A stretch of 64,000 nt of DNA from an uncultured Alphaproteobacteria bacterium (GCA_913041535.1 CAJWJK010000003.1:90953-154952); one strand, 5' to 3'; shown: positions 53,919-63,999, numbered from the stretch's first letter. Made by a program: numbers and translations. The notes: generated from the letters alone by a model not told the origin.

Positions 53919-55078
53919 GGTTGGGGCTTTCGAGAAAAGGCACGCACTGTACTCAAAATACGATGCAGTCCCTGAGCTGCATTGCGGATCCCTCGCTCTG
54001 TGTGCACAAAGTGAGCACCTTGGTTTCCCATGCTTTCACGTCGTTTCTTATCTTTGAGAAGTTGCAACATTAAGTTCGCAAAACCCTCGATGTCTCCTTC
54101 GGGCGATAGGAGGCCGCTTTCATGGTCTTGGACTACATCAGGCACACCGCGGACGCGAGCGCTGACTATAGGGAGACCGGCTGCTTGTGCCTCAAGAAAG
54201 GATAAACCGTAGGCCTCGTTAACGGCTGGCCACACATAAATATCGCAGGCCGCGTAGATCAATGCCAGGTCTTCCTGTGGTAGTTTGCCGAGAAAGATTA
54301 TACGTTGATCAGGGAATTCTGAGAACGCCTCCTCAACACTCGTTCGAGCTTCCCCATCTCCAACTATGAGATGTTGCCAGTCTTCATCCAGCATTTTTCT
54401 GAGTGCCGAGGCAAGAAGCTGATATGAGGCAAGTTTGTCCCCATATCGCAGCATTCCAACCGATAACAGCCACGGCTTGTTTAATGAACATCGAAATTTT
54501 TCGTTCAAAGTCCTGCGGGCCTTCACGCGCTGTTTCCTTGTCTCTGTGAAGGGCGCGGTATCGATAAAAGGGGGAAGGTAATGGACGTGATCGCCACAAA
54601 TATTTTGATTTCGTAGAGACTGCAGGTCATGTCGGGTTAGACAGATAATAGCATCAGCTATTGTTATCGCTTTCTGTGTAGCTTCGTGACCAATTATCCA
54701 CGGGGTCGATGCACGTTTTGATGCTAGTGATGCTTCTGCAATAACGTATGGTATACCCAACTTTTGGCTTAACCGAGGACCAAGCCAATCCGGCGCGCGA
54801 TAATAGACGTGATATGTCAGCCATAATTCTGGCCTTTGATTTGGATGAAGTGATGAAAAATGTTCTTCTAGAAGAATTGCTTCTAGCTCCGCGGCTTGGC
54901 AGATTTTTTCTTGCTTGGAACCATTCGCAGAACGGTCATAGCTTCTGAATTCAGAGACAACATTAACTTCATGCCCAATAGAGTTCAGTGCGCCGATCAG
55001 CAATCGTGCCATTTGGCGATCGCCAGAGGGCGTGGGGTGGTATGGGGATTTAAGCGGCGCGTAGAAAACGATGCGCAT
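53915..55078 (-). CDS. glycosyltransferase family 4
   Basis: GT4 C-terminal EX7E-type region (…EAYGLSFLEAQAAGLPIV…). Confidence 0.75.
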   Translation of the reverse strand: MRIVFYAPLKSPYHPTPSGDRQMARLLIGALNSIGHEVNVVSEFRSYDRSANGSKQEKICQAAELEAILLEEHFSSLHPNQRPELWLTYHVYYRAPDWLGPRLSQKLGIPYVIAEASLASKRASTPWIIGHEATQKAITIADAIICLTRHDLQSLRNQNICGDHVHYLPPFIDTAPFTETRKQRVKARRTLNEKFRCSLNKPWLLSVGMLRYGDKLASYQLLASALRKMLDEDWQHLIVGDGEARTSVEEAFSEFPDQRIIFLGKLPQEDLALIYAACDIYVWPAVNEAYGLSFLEAQAAGLPIVSARVRGVPDVVQDHESGLLSPEGDIEGFANLMLQLLKDKKRRESMGNQGAHFVHTERGIRNAAQGLHRILSTVRAFSRKPQP

Positions 55079-55104
55079 GTCTGAGATAAGACCTAAGAGC
55101 TACA

Positions 55105-56361
55105 CTATGTTGTGATGCCTATAGAGGCTGTATTATGTCTAGGCAACCCAAATAGTTTAGCGATACCGTCAATTTTTTCATCCATGTGGAATTGCGCTCG
55201 AATTAGCTGTTCTCCTGCTCGTCCCATGTCTAGCCGTAGTTGCGGTTCTAGCATTAGGCGTGTCAGCGCTTGGTGCAGTGCCAGAGGGTTATTTGGAGGA
55301 ACTAATAGCCCATTAATGCCATCTTCTATCAGTTCTGGTATTGCGCCCGCAGTTGTTGCTACGCATGGAACAGACTGACTTTGCGCTTCAACTAGGACGT
55401 TTGGCAGCCCATCACGGTCTCCGTCGGCACCAATGCAGCTGGCTAATACAAATATATCTGCATCACGGTAGGCAGCTAGCACTGCATCGTGTGCAAGTGG
55501 TCCTCGCCAATCAATCTGTTTGCTAATGCCCAGGGAATGCGCCTGGTGTTTGAGCTGTTTGTCGAGAGGGCCGGCACCTATATGCACCAGCCGCCAGTGT
55601 AAGGTCTTGGGAATCTTTGCTAGTGCATCTAGTAGTATCGAATGTCCCTTTTTTTCCACTGTTCTCCCGATTGAAAGCAAAATTAGAGGATCGTTCCGGC
55701 TGCCGTGCTTTCTGGCTTTTGGAAGATGCGGGTTTGTCGAGAAGTATGAGAGGTCTATTCCGTGATAGTTGAGGTGTACACTTTCCGAAGATCCTAGACT
55801 CTTAAGGTGGGTATGTATGGATTGGTTGCAGGTCGACAACCAAGAGCACGACGCAATCTTTTCCAGTTTCTCCCAGACGGGAATTGTCCATACATCTTTA
55901 GCATGTGCCGAACAGCTCCAAGGCAACTCATTAAGTATGCTCGCATAGCGGGTCACTGATGCTGGAGTATGAAGAAAGTGAGCATGAAGCTGATCAACAT
56001 TTGAATCTAGTTCATGAGCTAGTATTAGAGCTTGACCAAAACGCCGAAGACGGCTTGAGGTAAAATCCCGCCATAAGTCACGCAGCCAGGCTCTCTGTGC
56101 TGTTTTGTACGTAGTACGATTGTGAAGAGCAGCCCAGGCTCGGACTAAGCGCAGAGGTTCTTTATGAAGATATTCGGGTAGATAGTAGATAGGGGCCTTA
56201 ATATCGCTATGAATCATGTGAGTGTATTGGTCAGTTGGTTGGCGCAGTGAATATATGCTGATGAAAAGTCCACGGCGCTCAAGCGCTCGTATTTCCTGTG
56301 CTATAAATGTTTCTGACAAGCGGGGGTAGCCTTTTAGGACAAAGGCAACGTGGCGACTCAT
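55105..56361 (-). CDS. glycosyltransferase family 4 (WcaL/colanic-acid-type)
   Basis: N-terminus VLKGYPRLSETFIAQEI is typical of WcaL-like GT4 enzymes; the C-terminus carries GLPNVLVEAQSQSVPCV. Confidence 0.7.
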   Translation of the reverse strand: MSRHVAFVLKGYPRLSETFIAQEIRALERRGLFISIYSLRQPTDQYTHMIHSDIKAPIYYLPEYLHKEPLRLVRAWAALHNRTTYKTAQRAWLRDLWRDFTSSRLRRFGQALILAHELDSNVDQLHAHFLHTPASVTRYASILNELPWSCSAHAKDVWTIPVWEKLEKIASCSWLSTCNQSIHTHLKSLGSSESVHLNYHGIDLSYFSTNPHLPKARKHGSRNDPLILLSIGRTVEKKGHSILLDALAKIPKTLHWRLVHIGAGPLDKQLKHQAHSLGISKQIDWRGPLAHDAVLAAYRDADIFVLASCIGADGDRDGLPNVLVEAQSQSVPCVATTAGAIPELIEDGINGLLVPPNNPLALHQALTRLMLEPQLRLDMGRAGEQLIRAQFHMDEKIDGIAKLFGLPRHNTASIGITT

Positions 56362-56366
56362 CTCAG

Positions 56367-57620
56367 TTATGCATGTTGGCGGTTCACGCGTAGATCAGAT
56401 TGAACGTTGGCGTGTTGACCAAGCCACGGTGAGGCTAGACGATTGACATTTGTTAAACCTTCGAGCAAACCCGGAACCACCACTTCCGAGGGTTTCCGTT
56501 GTTGTGGAAGCGCTCGGAGAGCGCTAATCATGGCTTCTACGGGCCGGCTTCCATCGTCTACTAGCATTTGAACTAAGCCTAGTTCTTGAGCTCGAGATGC
56601 CCGAATGTATTGTTCTAGCCGGGGCTTAGTTCGGGGCACAATTATTGCCTTTTTATCCAAAGATAAGATTTCGCAGAAGGTGTTGTATCCGCCCATTGCT
56701 ACGATGCCTGCAGCATTTGCTTCCAGGTTTTCAATATGAGCATCAAACGTAATTGCTTGTACTCTAGGAAGTCTCTCAGCGCGAACTAGAAATTCTTTCT
56801 GCAGCTCAGGCTGCATGAAGGGTCCTAAAACCATCAGAGCCGGATAAGGTAGTAGGGATTCTCTTTCATATGCTCGGAGCACCCAATCAATCAATTCAGC
56901 TCCGTCTCCACCACCCCCAGTTGTAACCAGCAGATATGGGCTCTGTGTCACAGGAGGTGGAGGATGGGCAACAACCGGTTTGCTTATTCTTCTCGGCAGG
57001 TAGCCCGTGTACACGATCTTAGACTTAACAATTTCTGGCAGATCGATCCCAGACAGTGGGTTGCAGATTTGAGGTAATCCATATACCCATATCTCATCGT
57101 ACAGGTCACACAAGCTCGGTATCACATTTTTGCGCGCCCATTCTGGTGCTAGAAGTGCTGGTTCGTCGAGGATATCACGTAGGCCGAGCACAAGACGACA
57201 TCCCCTTTTCTGAAGCATAGGCAAGGCATTCCTAACTTCACCACGTAGGCCGAGTGGCTCTTTATCTACAATGAATATGTCCGGATCAAATATCTTAGCC
57301 GTGTGGTGGATAATGGACGATCGAATCGACAAGGTTTCTTCAACGCCCATGTGCAGATTTAAAGGAGTGTATTCTCCATTTCGAAGTTTAATAACACCCG
57401 GAATCCGAACAAAATCTACACGCACACGAAAGTCAAAGCTGCCGATTATGGGTGAACCGGACAGAATCAGAACAGAAAGATTTTTATTTTGTTCTACCAG
57501 GTCGTGGGCAATGGTCAAACAACGGCGAAGGTGGCCAAGCCCAAAGGTATCATGACTGTATATGAGAACGCGGGGGTCTCGGCGTGGTTCTAGACTGGTA
57601 TTTTCAACCGCTTGCAACAT
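56367..57620 (-). CDS. glycosyltransferase, GT1/MurG-like fold (GxGHxxR family)
   Basis: IYSHDTFGLGHLRRCLTIAHDL; paralog of the GT at 52134..53291. Confidence 0.55.
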   Translation of the reverse strand: MLQAVENTSLEPRRDPRVLIYSHDTFGLGHLRRCLTIAHDLVEQNKNLSVLILSGSPIIGSFDFRVRVDFVRIPGVIKLRNGEYTPLNLHMGVEETLSIRSSIIHHTAKIFDPDIFIVDKEPLGLRGEVRNALPMLQKRGCRLVLGLRDILDEPALLAPEWARKNVIPSLCDLYDEIWVYGLPQICNPLSGIDLPEIVKSKIVYTGYLPRRISKPVVAHPPPPVTQSPYLLVTTGGGGDGAELIDWVLRAYERESLLPYPALMVLGPFMQPELQKEFLVRAERLPRVQAITFDAHIENLEANAAGIVAMGGYNTFCEILSLDKKAIIVPRTKPRLEQYIRASRAQELGLVQMLVDDGSRPVEAMISALRALPQQRKPSEVVVPGLLEGLTNVNRLASPWLGQHANVQSDLRVNRQHA

Positions 57621-57763
57621 CGGCAGATAATGGCACGAGAGAGAGCAACGAAAAAGTGACTTTTTTTATCCCCGTTTACCACTGATTTAACCTAAGTTAA
57701 GCTCTTGGCAGTGTAACTTGTTTTCTTCCAGTACAGTGGGCCCCTCAGTGGATAGAGAGTTTA

Positions 57764-60415
57764 ATGGAATCCAGCATATTTAGATTTGTACTGCGTCACA
57801 GTTTTCGCCAGCAGATTATGCTCACTTTAATGGCGGCAGCTTCTTTTCCGTTTCTTTACGCGTTTTATGAAGTGCCGAAGGCTATAGTGAATGATGCTAT
57901 CCAGGGTGGGACCACCTTTCCTGTGGAGATATTTGGCGTTGAACTTGGCCAGTTGGCATACTTGCTAGTGCTCTGTGCGCTTTTCTTATTACTCGTAGTT
58001 GTAAATCAATCATTTAAGTACTCTGTGAACGTATATAGAGGTCTAACTGGGGAGCGTATGCTTCGTCGGTTACGTTATGAGCTGTACTCACGTGTGCTGC
58101 GCTTTCCTCTACCCACTTTTCGAAAGATGTCACAGGGTGAGATCATTCCAATGATTACGGCTGAAGTAGAACCGCTAGGTGGTTTTATCGGTGATGCATT
58201 TTCTTTGCCCGCATTCCAGGGGGGGACTCTTTTCGTAATCCTTGCTTTCTTGTTTATTCAGGATCCCCTCATGGCTGGGGCAGCTGTCTCTCTGTATCCC
58301 CTACAGGTTTATGTCATTCCGAAATTACAAAGGCGCGTTAATCGATTAGGTAAGGAGCGAGTACGTTTGGTAAGACGACTATCGGACCGCATAGGGGAGA
58401 CTGTGCAAGGCGTGCCAGAAATTCGTGTTCATGACACCTCAAACTTTGCCCTGGCTCATTTTTCTCATCAATTGGGTTTAATTTTTGGCGTCCGTTATGC
58501 AATTTACCGACAAAAGTTCTTTATTAAGTTTCTCAACAATTTTATCCAGCAATTGGGGCCGTTTTTCTTTTATTCTATTGGTGGCTACCTGACTATTACG
58601 GGAAGTCTTGAGATCGGCACATTGATTGCTGCTATTGCCGCGCATAAGGATCTTGCGTCTCCTTGGAAGGAACTTTTACGCTACTACCAAATGAAAGAGG
58701 ATGCTCGGATTAAGTATGAGAATGTAGTGAGTCAGTTCGCTCCCCCTGGCATACTTGATGAGAGGTCTCAGATTGACGATTCGGATATTTCCACAAAGTT
58801 GCAAGGTGAATTAAACACGGCGAATTTGACTCTAACTGATGATCAAGAAACAAGTGTGGTTGATGGGGTGTCTTTCCGTTTTAGCCTTGATCAAAACGTT
58901 GCAATAGTGGGTGTAAATGGATCTGGTAAAGATGAGCTTACTCTACTGCTAGCCCGATTGCTGGATCCGAGTGCTGGATCTATTTCCGTTAACGGCAATG
59001 ACCTTTCTGGCATGTCTGAGACAGTGACTGGCGGGCGGATCTCTTACGTGGGCCCTCAGGGTTTTATTTTTGCTACAACTTTGGGTGAAAATCTATTTTT
59101 TGGTTTAAAGCATGTTCCGTTAATTGCTCCAGACTATGATTCTGATCAGACGATAAAAAGAGAACGCGAGGTTGCTGAGGCAGAACGTTCAGGAAACAAT
59201 AGCTTTGATATACATGCGGACTGGATCGACTATAAAGCTGCTGGCGTTGGAGACTTGGTTGCATTGCGGCAGGAAGCACTGCGGGTTCTTAAGCTTGTAG
59301 ATCTTGGGCCTGACATCTACGACCTCGGATTGAGGGGGACTATCGACCCAGATTCGCATCCCAAGGTAGCTCAGAGTATCTTAAAGGCTCGACGTGCTTT
59401 ACGCGAGCGCGTGGCCAAAGACCCCAATATGAGCTCTCTCGTGGAGACGTTTGATAGAGAAACCTATAACACCAACGCAACTGTCGGTGAGAATCTTCTT
59501 TTCGGAAATCCCGTGGGTGCAGACTTTGCGATGGATAGTCTAGCAGAGGATGAATATGTGCTTTCTGTGCTAGACCAAGCGGGATTAAAAGACACCTTGT
59601 TGTCCATTGGATACCAAGTGGCTTCTACCATGGTAGAACTGTTTGCTGACCTACCTGCTGATCACGAGTTTTTTCAGCAATTTAGTTTTATCAGTTCAGA
59701 GGATTTGCCTGAATTTCAAGGTCTTCTAGCTCGCGTCGATCGGAGCCAACTTAATTCAGTTGAGGCTGAAGATCGAATCCGATTAATGTCTCTTCCTTTT
59801 AAACTCATCACTGCGCGCCACCGTTTGGATCTAATTGATGAAGACGTTCAGGCGAAGATATTGGATGCCCGTGAAATTTTTGCTTCTAGTCTTCCCGATG
59901 AGCTTAAAGACTCTGTAGAGTTCTACGATGACGACCGATACAATAGTAAGGCAAACCTTCAAGATAATATTCTCTTTGGCAAAGTTGTATACGGAGAAGC
60001 ACACGCATCTGATAAGGTTGGGGAGTTAATCGCCGAAGTAATTAGGGAACTGGATTTGGAAGATACAGTGGGCCTTGTGGCGCTGGACTATGATGTTGGA
60101 ATCGGGGGGTCTCGTCTTTCAGGTGCCCAGAGGCAGAAACTGGCCATTGCTCGTGCAGTGCTTAAGGCGCCTGATATCTTGATTCTTTCAGAAGCAACTG
60201 CATCGCTTGATGCTGCAGCTCAATTGAGGCTCTCTCCGGCACTTATGCAAGAGTTTGGCAATAGGTGTCTAATATGGTCCCTCAATAACCCAGCACTTGC
60301 CGAAAACTTTGATCATATACTGGTTATGCATAATGGGAGAGTAGTGGAGCAGGGTTCTTATTCGGATCTAAATAAGGACAATACTCAGTTTAAGCAGTTG
60401 TTGGCAGCCGTATAG
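57764..60415 (+). CDS. atypical ABC exporter-like protein: type-I exporter TMD fused to a degenerate, expanded nucleotide-binding domain
   Basis: N-terminal ~330 aa is an ABC_membrane-type six-TM domain. The NBD has Walker A GVNGSGKDE (Ser/Thr replaced by Asp), signature LSGAQ, Walker B ILILSEATASLD (Asp replaced by Ser), and H-loop His replaced by Ser (CLIWSLNN). About 420 aa separate Walker A from the signature and contain three copies of a T(L/V)GENLxFG-like helical-subdomain segment. Confidence 0.7.
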   Translation: MESSIFRFVLRHSFRQQIMLTLMAAASFPFLYAFYEVPKAIVNDAIQGGTTFPVEIFGVELGQLAYLLVLCALFLLLVVVNQSFKYSVNVYRGLTGERMLRRLRYELYSRVLRFPLPTFRKMSQGEIIPMITAEVEPLGGFIGDAFSLPAFQGGTLFVILAFLFIQDPLMAGAAVSLYPLQVYVIPKLQRRVNRLGKERVRLVRRLSDRIGETVQGVPEIRVHDTSNFALAHFSHQLGLIFGVRYAIYRQKFFIKFLNNFIQQLGPFFFYSIGGYLTITGSLEIGTLIAAIAAHKDLASPWKELLRYYQMKEDARIKYENVVSQFAPPGILDERSQIDDSDISTKLQGELNTANLTLTDDQETSVVDGVSFRFSLDQNVAIVGVNGSGKDELTLLLARLLDPSAGSISVNGNDLSGMSETVTGGRISYVGPQGFIFATTLGENLFFGLKHVPLIAPDYDSDQTIKREREVAEAERSGNNSFDIHADWIDYKAAGVGDLVALRQEALRVLKLVDLGPDIYDLGLRGTIDPDSHPKVAQSILKARRALRERVAKDPNMSSLVETFDRETYNTNATVGENLLFGNPVGADFAMDSLAEDEYVLSVLDQAGLKDTLLSIGYQVASTMVELFADLPADHEFFQQFSFISSEDLPEFQGLLARVDRSQLNSVEAEDRIRLMSLPFKLITARHRLDLIDEDVQAKILDAREIFASSLPDELKDSVEFYDDDRYNSKANLQDNILFGKVVYGEAHASDKVGELIAEVIRELDLEDTVGLVALDYDVGIGGSRLSGAQRQKLAIARAVLKAPDILILSEATASLDAAAQLRLSPALMQEFGNRCLIWSLNNPALAENFDHILVMHNGRVVEQGSYSDLNKDNTQFKQLLAAV

Positions 60416-60434
60416 TGAAGGAAGGGATGACGAG

Positions 60435-60890
60435 GTGAGCCTTAACGAAGAAGTAGATTTATTACGGCGGGTTCCGCTTTTCAGTAATATCGAGCCCTCC
60501 AAATTAAAGTTGCTGGCATTTACTAGTGAGAGATTAACTTTCCGTGCTGGCCAGAGTTTGTGTGTACAGGGAGAGATTGGAGATGCCGCGTATGTAATTA
60601 TTGAAGGTCAGTGTGATGTCACTATAGATACGCCGAACGGTTCTCTTACACTTGCCACTGTTGGCCAAGACGACTTTGTTGGTGAAATAGCTATTCTATG
60701 TGACGTTCCCAGAACGGCGACCGTGACTGCAACAGACGAGGTGACGGTACTAAAAATATCCAAAGATCTATTTCTTCGTATGATTAGTGAATTTCCACAA
60801 ATGGGAGTGGAGGTAATGCGTGAATTGGCTGCGCGTCTCGAACGAACCACTATTCAGTTGAGAGAAGCGCGTATTGCTGCCTCCACCTGA
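60435..60890 (+). CDS. stand-alone cyclic-nucleotide-binding (CAP effector) domain protein
   Basis: LRRVPLFSNIEP...FVGEIAIL...PRTATVTATDEVTVL is a canonical cNMP-binding fold. It has no HTH or other output domain and lies 19 nt downstream of the ABC-like gene. Confidence 0.75.
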   Translation: MSLNEEVDLLRRVPLFSNIEPSKLKLLAFTSERLTFRAGQSLCVQGEIGDAAYVIIEGQCDVTIDTPNGSLTLATVGQDDFVGEIAILCDVPRTATVTATDEVTVLKISKDLFLRMISEFPQMGVEVMRELAARLERTTIQLREARIAAST

Positions 60891-60908
60891 CCACGATGGT
60901 CCTGTTGA

Positions 60909-61418
60909 TTGGTCATGAGTCGCTTAGATAGCTTCATCCGTCGGGTGCTGGCGCAGCGTGACTGTCTAAGTGCGGCAGCGACGATGATTGATAATCTCCC
61001 GGGTCCTATTCTGGAATTGGGTTTGGGAAATGGTCGAACATATGACCATTTACGCGAATGCCTTCCGGATAGAGAAATATTTGTCTTTGATCGTCAGGTT
61101 GCTGCTCATCCTAAATGTATTCCCGATGAAAAACATATGATTATTGGTGATATTAGAAGGACACTTCCTGGTATTCTTGCTAAGATTGGTGCTCCGGCAG
61201 TTCTCACGCATTGCGATATTGGGACAGGTGACAAAAATGCATCCCTGGAGCTGGCAGAATGGCTTGGGGGAGCTTTAAAGCCTTTGCTTGCACCGGGCGC
61301 TATAGTTGTTTCAGACCAGAAGATATTAGTTCCGGGCTGGATTCCACTACCGCTTCCGAGTGGTGTTCCCAATGACCGCTATTTTATGGCACGGGTAGAA
61401 ATTACAAAAGTGGCATGA
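60909..61418 (+). CDS. small putative SAM-dependent methyltransferase-like protein
   Basis: ILELGLGNGRTYDHL resembles SAM motif I; 169 aa; weak assignment. Confidence 0.35.
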   Translation: MVMSRLDSFIRRVLAQRDCLSAAATMIDNLPGPILELGLGNGRTYDHLRECLPDREIFVFDRQVAAHPKCIPDEKHMIIGDIRRTLPGILAKIGAPAVLTHCDIGTGDKNASLELAEWLGGALKPLLAPGAIVVSDQKILVPGWIPLPLPSGVPNDRYFMARVEITKVA

Positions 61419-61434
61419 CAGGCTTTGTAGAGGA

Positions 61435-61453
61435 GGGAAAACGCATTTTTCCC
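61435..61453 (+). terminator. putative intrinsic terminator after the ABC-like/cNMP/MTase unit
   Basis: GGGAAAAcgcaTTTTTCCC hairpin 17 nt after the stop, followed by a U-rich stretch. Confidence 0.35.
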
Positions 61454-61539
61454 TGGCTTCTTGTCGTCGACTCTAGTTCGACGCGGACGTTAAAGTCGTT
61501 GATCGCATAAGTGAGAAAACTAAGGACTACGGATTGTAG

Positions 61540-62331
61540 TTAGTCAGCAAAATTTGTTGTGGGTATGGGTTTGTGGTCTCCGGCCTTCCAATTTCTTGCT
61601 GCTAAGCCAAATGCTTTGAATAGTGACGAATAGAATGGACGCTCCCAAACCCTCCATTCAGGGTGCCATTGGACACCGAGAGCAAAGCCGCGACCTGTCT
61701 CAGTACTGATTGCTTCGATCGTTCCGTCATCAGCTGTTGCTTCGATCACTAAATTTCGTCCAAGGCGGTCAATGCCTTGCCCATGTAACGAATTGACCTG
61801 GGCCTTTTTACATTTCGTAAGCTGTTCCAGAATTCCGTCTCGCGTTACATTAACATTGTGTACGGGTGAGTAACGTTCTATTTCGGGAATCGCATAATTA
61901 CCACGATGATCGATGTGCCCAGGAACCTCATGAAGATTTTGATGTAAAGTGCCTCCCTGGGCGACATTTAATTCCTGCATGCCGCGACAAATAGCTAGAA
62001 TTGGTATACCCCACGATAAAGCCTTGGGTAACAGATGTAGAACCGTTTCGTCTCTAGCTTTATCGCCGACGGCATTTAAATGTGGCTTTGCCCCCCCGTA
62101 GCATTGAGGATCAATATTTGAGCGACTCCCAGGGAACAGTAGTCCGTCGATCTGACGAAGAAGATCTTCAATCTGAACGCATGAGCTTAGTGCTGGTATA
62201 ATCACTGGTTGGGCGTTGGCAGCCAAGGATACAGCTGATACGTATTTCTGGCTTGTAACAAAAAAGGGGGTGTCGTCGACGGGGCGGGCATCAGCCAGTA
62301 TCCCAATTAGTGGCATAGTTTCTCGAGTCAT
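61540..62331 (-). CDS. class I glutamine amidotransferase, gamma-glutamyl-GABA hydrolase (PuuD/peptidase C26) family
   Basis: PILAICRGMQELNVAQGGTL nucleophile-Cys motif and a C-terminal His region. Confidence 0.75.
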   Translation of the reverse strand: MTRETMPLIGILADARPVDDTPFFVTSQKYVSAVSLAANAQPVIIPALSSCVQIEDLLRQIDGLLFPGSRSNIDPQCYGGAKPHLNAVGDKARDETVLHLLPKALSWGIPILAICRGMQELNVAQGGTLHQNLHEVPGHIDHRGNYAIPEIERYSPVHNVNVTRDGILEQLTKCKKAQVNSLHGQGIDRLGRNLVIEATADDGTIEAISTETGRGFALGVQWHPEWRVWERPFYSSLFKAFGLAARNWKAGDHKPIPTTNFAD

Positions 62332-62426
62332 TGTAAGGGGCGTCCATTAGGGTGTTGTTTGCTACGTTCAAAAGTAAGCATAAATGGTATGGTCATCCAG
62401 TTGGAAGCCTGGGGTGCTTCAATGAG

Positions 62427-63092
62427 CTACTTCCGCAACAGGTTCTCGTTTTGGGAGTCGTTGTACACAAAAAGTTTGGGATCTAAAGGGACGTTGGTTT
62501 CAGTTTGTGATAGGGTAATTTCAGTCGTTAACCCCTGTGAGTCAGTTATGATCCACTGCCTTAATCTTGTCGGTGACTGATCAAAGGTGAGTGTAAGGGA
62601 CCCTTGTTCTTCGTCATCGCGCTCGTGCAGCGTAAGCCACATGAGACCACCTTCTATCCGTAGAGTCGCCGCGACGGATTCCGAACGGAAGTCAATATTA
62701 TCTTGCGTGAGGATTGATAGAGGCGTTGAAGACATGGGAATACGTTCAAGCTGACCCAGCTCTCTGTCCTCAAACACGATCCAAAAGCTGTCACCAACAA
62801 CGAGTAATGGTGTTGGCGAGTCATACTCAAATCGAAAACGTCCAGGACGACGAAGATAGAATAAGCCCTGAGACACTGACCCATCAGGTGAAACCTGGTT
62901 AAATCGAGCACGTATTGTTTCTATCTTGGCAAGGTAAGACTCGATGCGCTCAATATGGACATCTTCTGGACTGGCTTTTGACTGGGTAGGGTATATATCT
63001 AGTGTGCAAAAAATTCCAATAATGAGGATTCCCCATAAAGGGCATCTATTTATCCATTTAAGATGCCAAATGCGCGTCACGCAAAACCTCAC
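62427..63092 (-). CDS. lolA: outer-membrane lipoprotein carrier protein LolA
   Basis: Signal peptide followed by a LolA-fold length and pattern; conserved ftsK-lolA adjacency. Confidence 0.6.
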   Translation of the reverse strand: MRFCVTRIWHLKWINRCPLWGILIIGIFCTLDIYPTQSKASPEDVHIERIESYLAKIETIRARFNQVSPDGSVSQGLFYLRRPGRFRFEYDSPTPLLVVGDSFWIVFEDRELGQLERIPMSSTPLSILTQDNIDFRSESVAATLRIEGGLMWLTLHERDDEEQGSLTLTFDQSPTRLRQWIITDSQGLTTEITLSQTETNVPLDPKLFVYNDSQNENLLRK

Positions 63093-63999
63093 GTTTACCG
63101 CTATTGCTGGCGGGGCTAACGATTCCTTCGAGCTCCATCTTTTCGATCATTCTTGCGGCGCGGTTATAGCCGATTTGTAGGTGTCGTTGAATAAAGCTAG
63201 TTGAGGCTCTACGTTCTCGGCAGACCAAGGCAATCGCTTGTTCATAAAGCTCATCAGTTAAAGATTCATTCCCAAAGCCCAGACTTATTTCGTCTGGCTC
63301 TTCGGTGATATCCTCAAGATAGTCAGGTGTACCTTGTTGCTTAAGGAAATTAACCACGGTATCTACTTCTGCATCACTGACGAAGGGGCCATGTACTCTG
63401 GTAATACGTCCACCATTTGCCATGTAAAGCATATCGCCCGCACCTAGAAGTTGTTCAGCTCCTTGTTCCCCTAGTATTGTTCGACTATCAATTCGTGACG
63501 TTACCTGGAAACTAACACGGGTTGGAAAATTAGCCTTTATTGTTCCAGTGATTACATCCACAGAGGGTCTCTGGGTGGCCATTAGAAGATGAATCCCAGC
63601 GGCTCGCGCCATTTGAGAGAGCCTTTGTACGGCGTTTTCAATATCTTTTCCTGCCAATAGCATCAAGTCTGCCATTTCATCCACCACCACAACGATTGAT
63701 GGAAGAGGAGTTAGCTCTAGTGGCTGGTCTTCAAACACTGGCTCGCCTGTTTCAGAGTCAAAGCCAGTCTGAACTGTTCTTTTAATTATTTGTCCTTTAG
63801 CAGCTGCGTCCTCCAGTTTTTTGTTGTAACTAGCGATATTACGAACACCAAGCTTAGATAATGCTTGGTATCGGTTTTCCATTTCACGCACTGTCCACTT
63901 CAATGCAACAACCGCTTTTCTAGGGTTTGTTACAACTGGGGCCAGAAGATGTGGAATACCATCATAAGCTGAAAGTTCCAGCATCTTAGGGTCAATCAT
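63058..63999 (-). CDS. ftsK: DNA translocase FtsK, C-terminal motor and gamma domain (5' part lies beyond the window)
   Basis: Walker B / arginine-finger region (…[12 protein letters not shown]…) and a C-terminal winged-helix gamma domain; the ORF runs off the window edge. Confidence 0.85.
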   Translation of the reverse strand: MIDPKMLELSAYDGIPHLLAPVVTNPRKAVVALKWTVREMENRYQALSKLGVRNIASYNKKLEDAAAKGQIIKRTVQTGFDSETGEPVFEDQPLELTPLPSIVVVVDEMADLMLLAGKDIENAVQRLSQMARAAGIHLLMATQRPSVDVITGTIKANFPTRVSFQVTSRIDSRTILGEQGAEQLLGAGDMLYMANGGRITRVHGPFVSDAEVDTVVNFLKQQGTPDYLEDITEEPDEISLGFGNESLTDELYEQAIALVCRERRASTSFIQRHLQIGYNRAARMIEKMELEGIVSPASNSGKREVLRDAHLAS

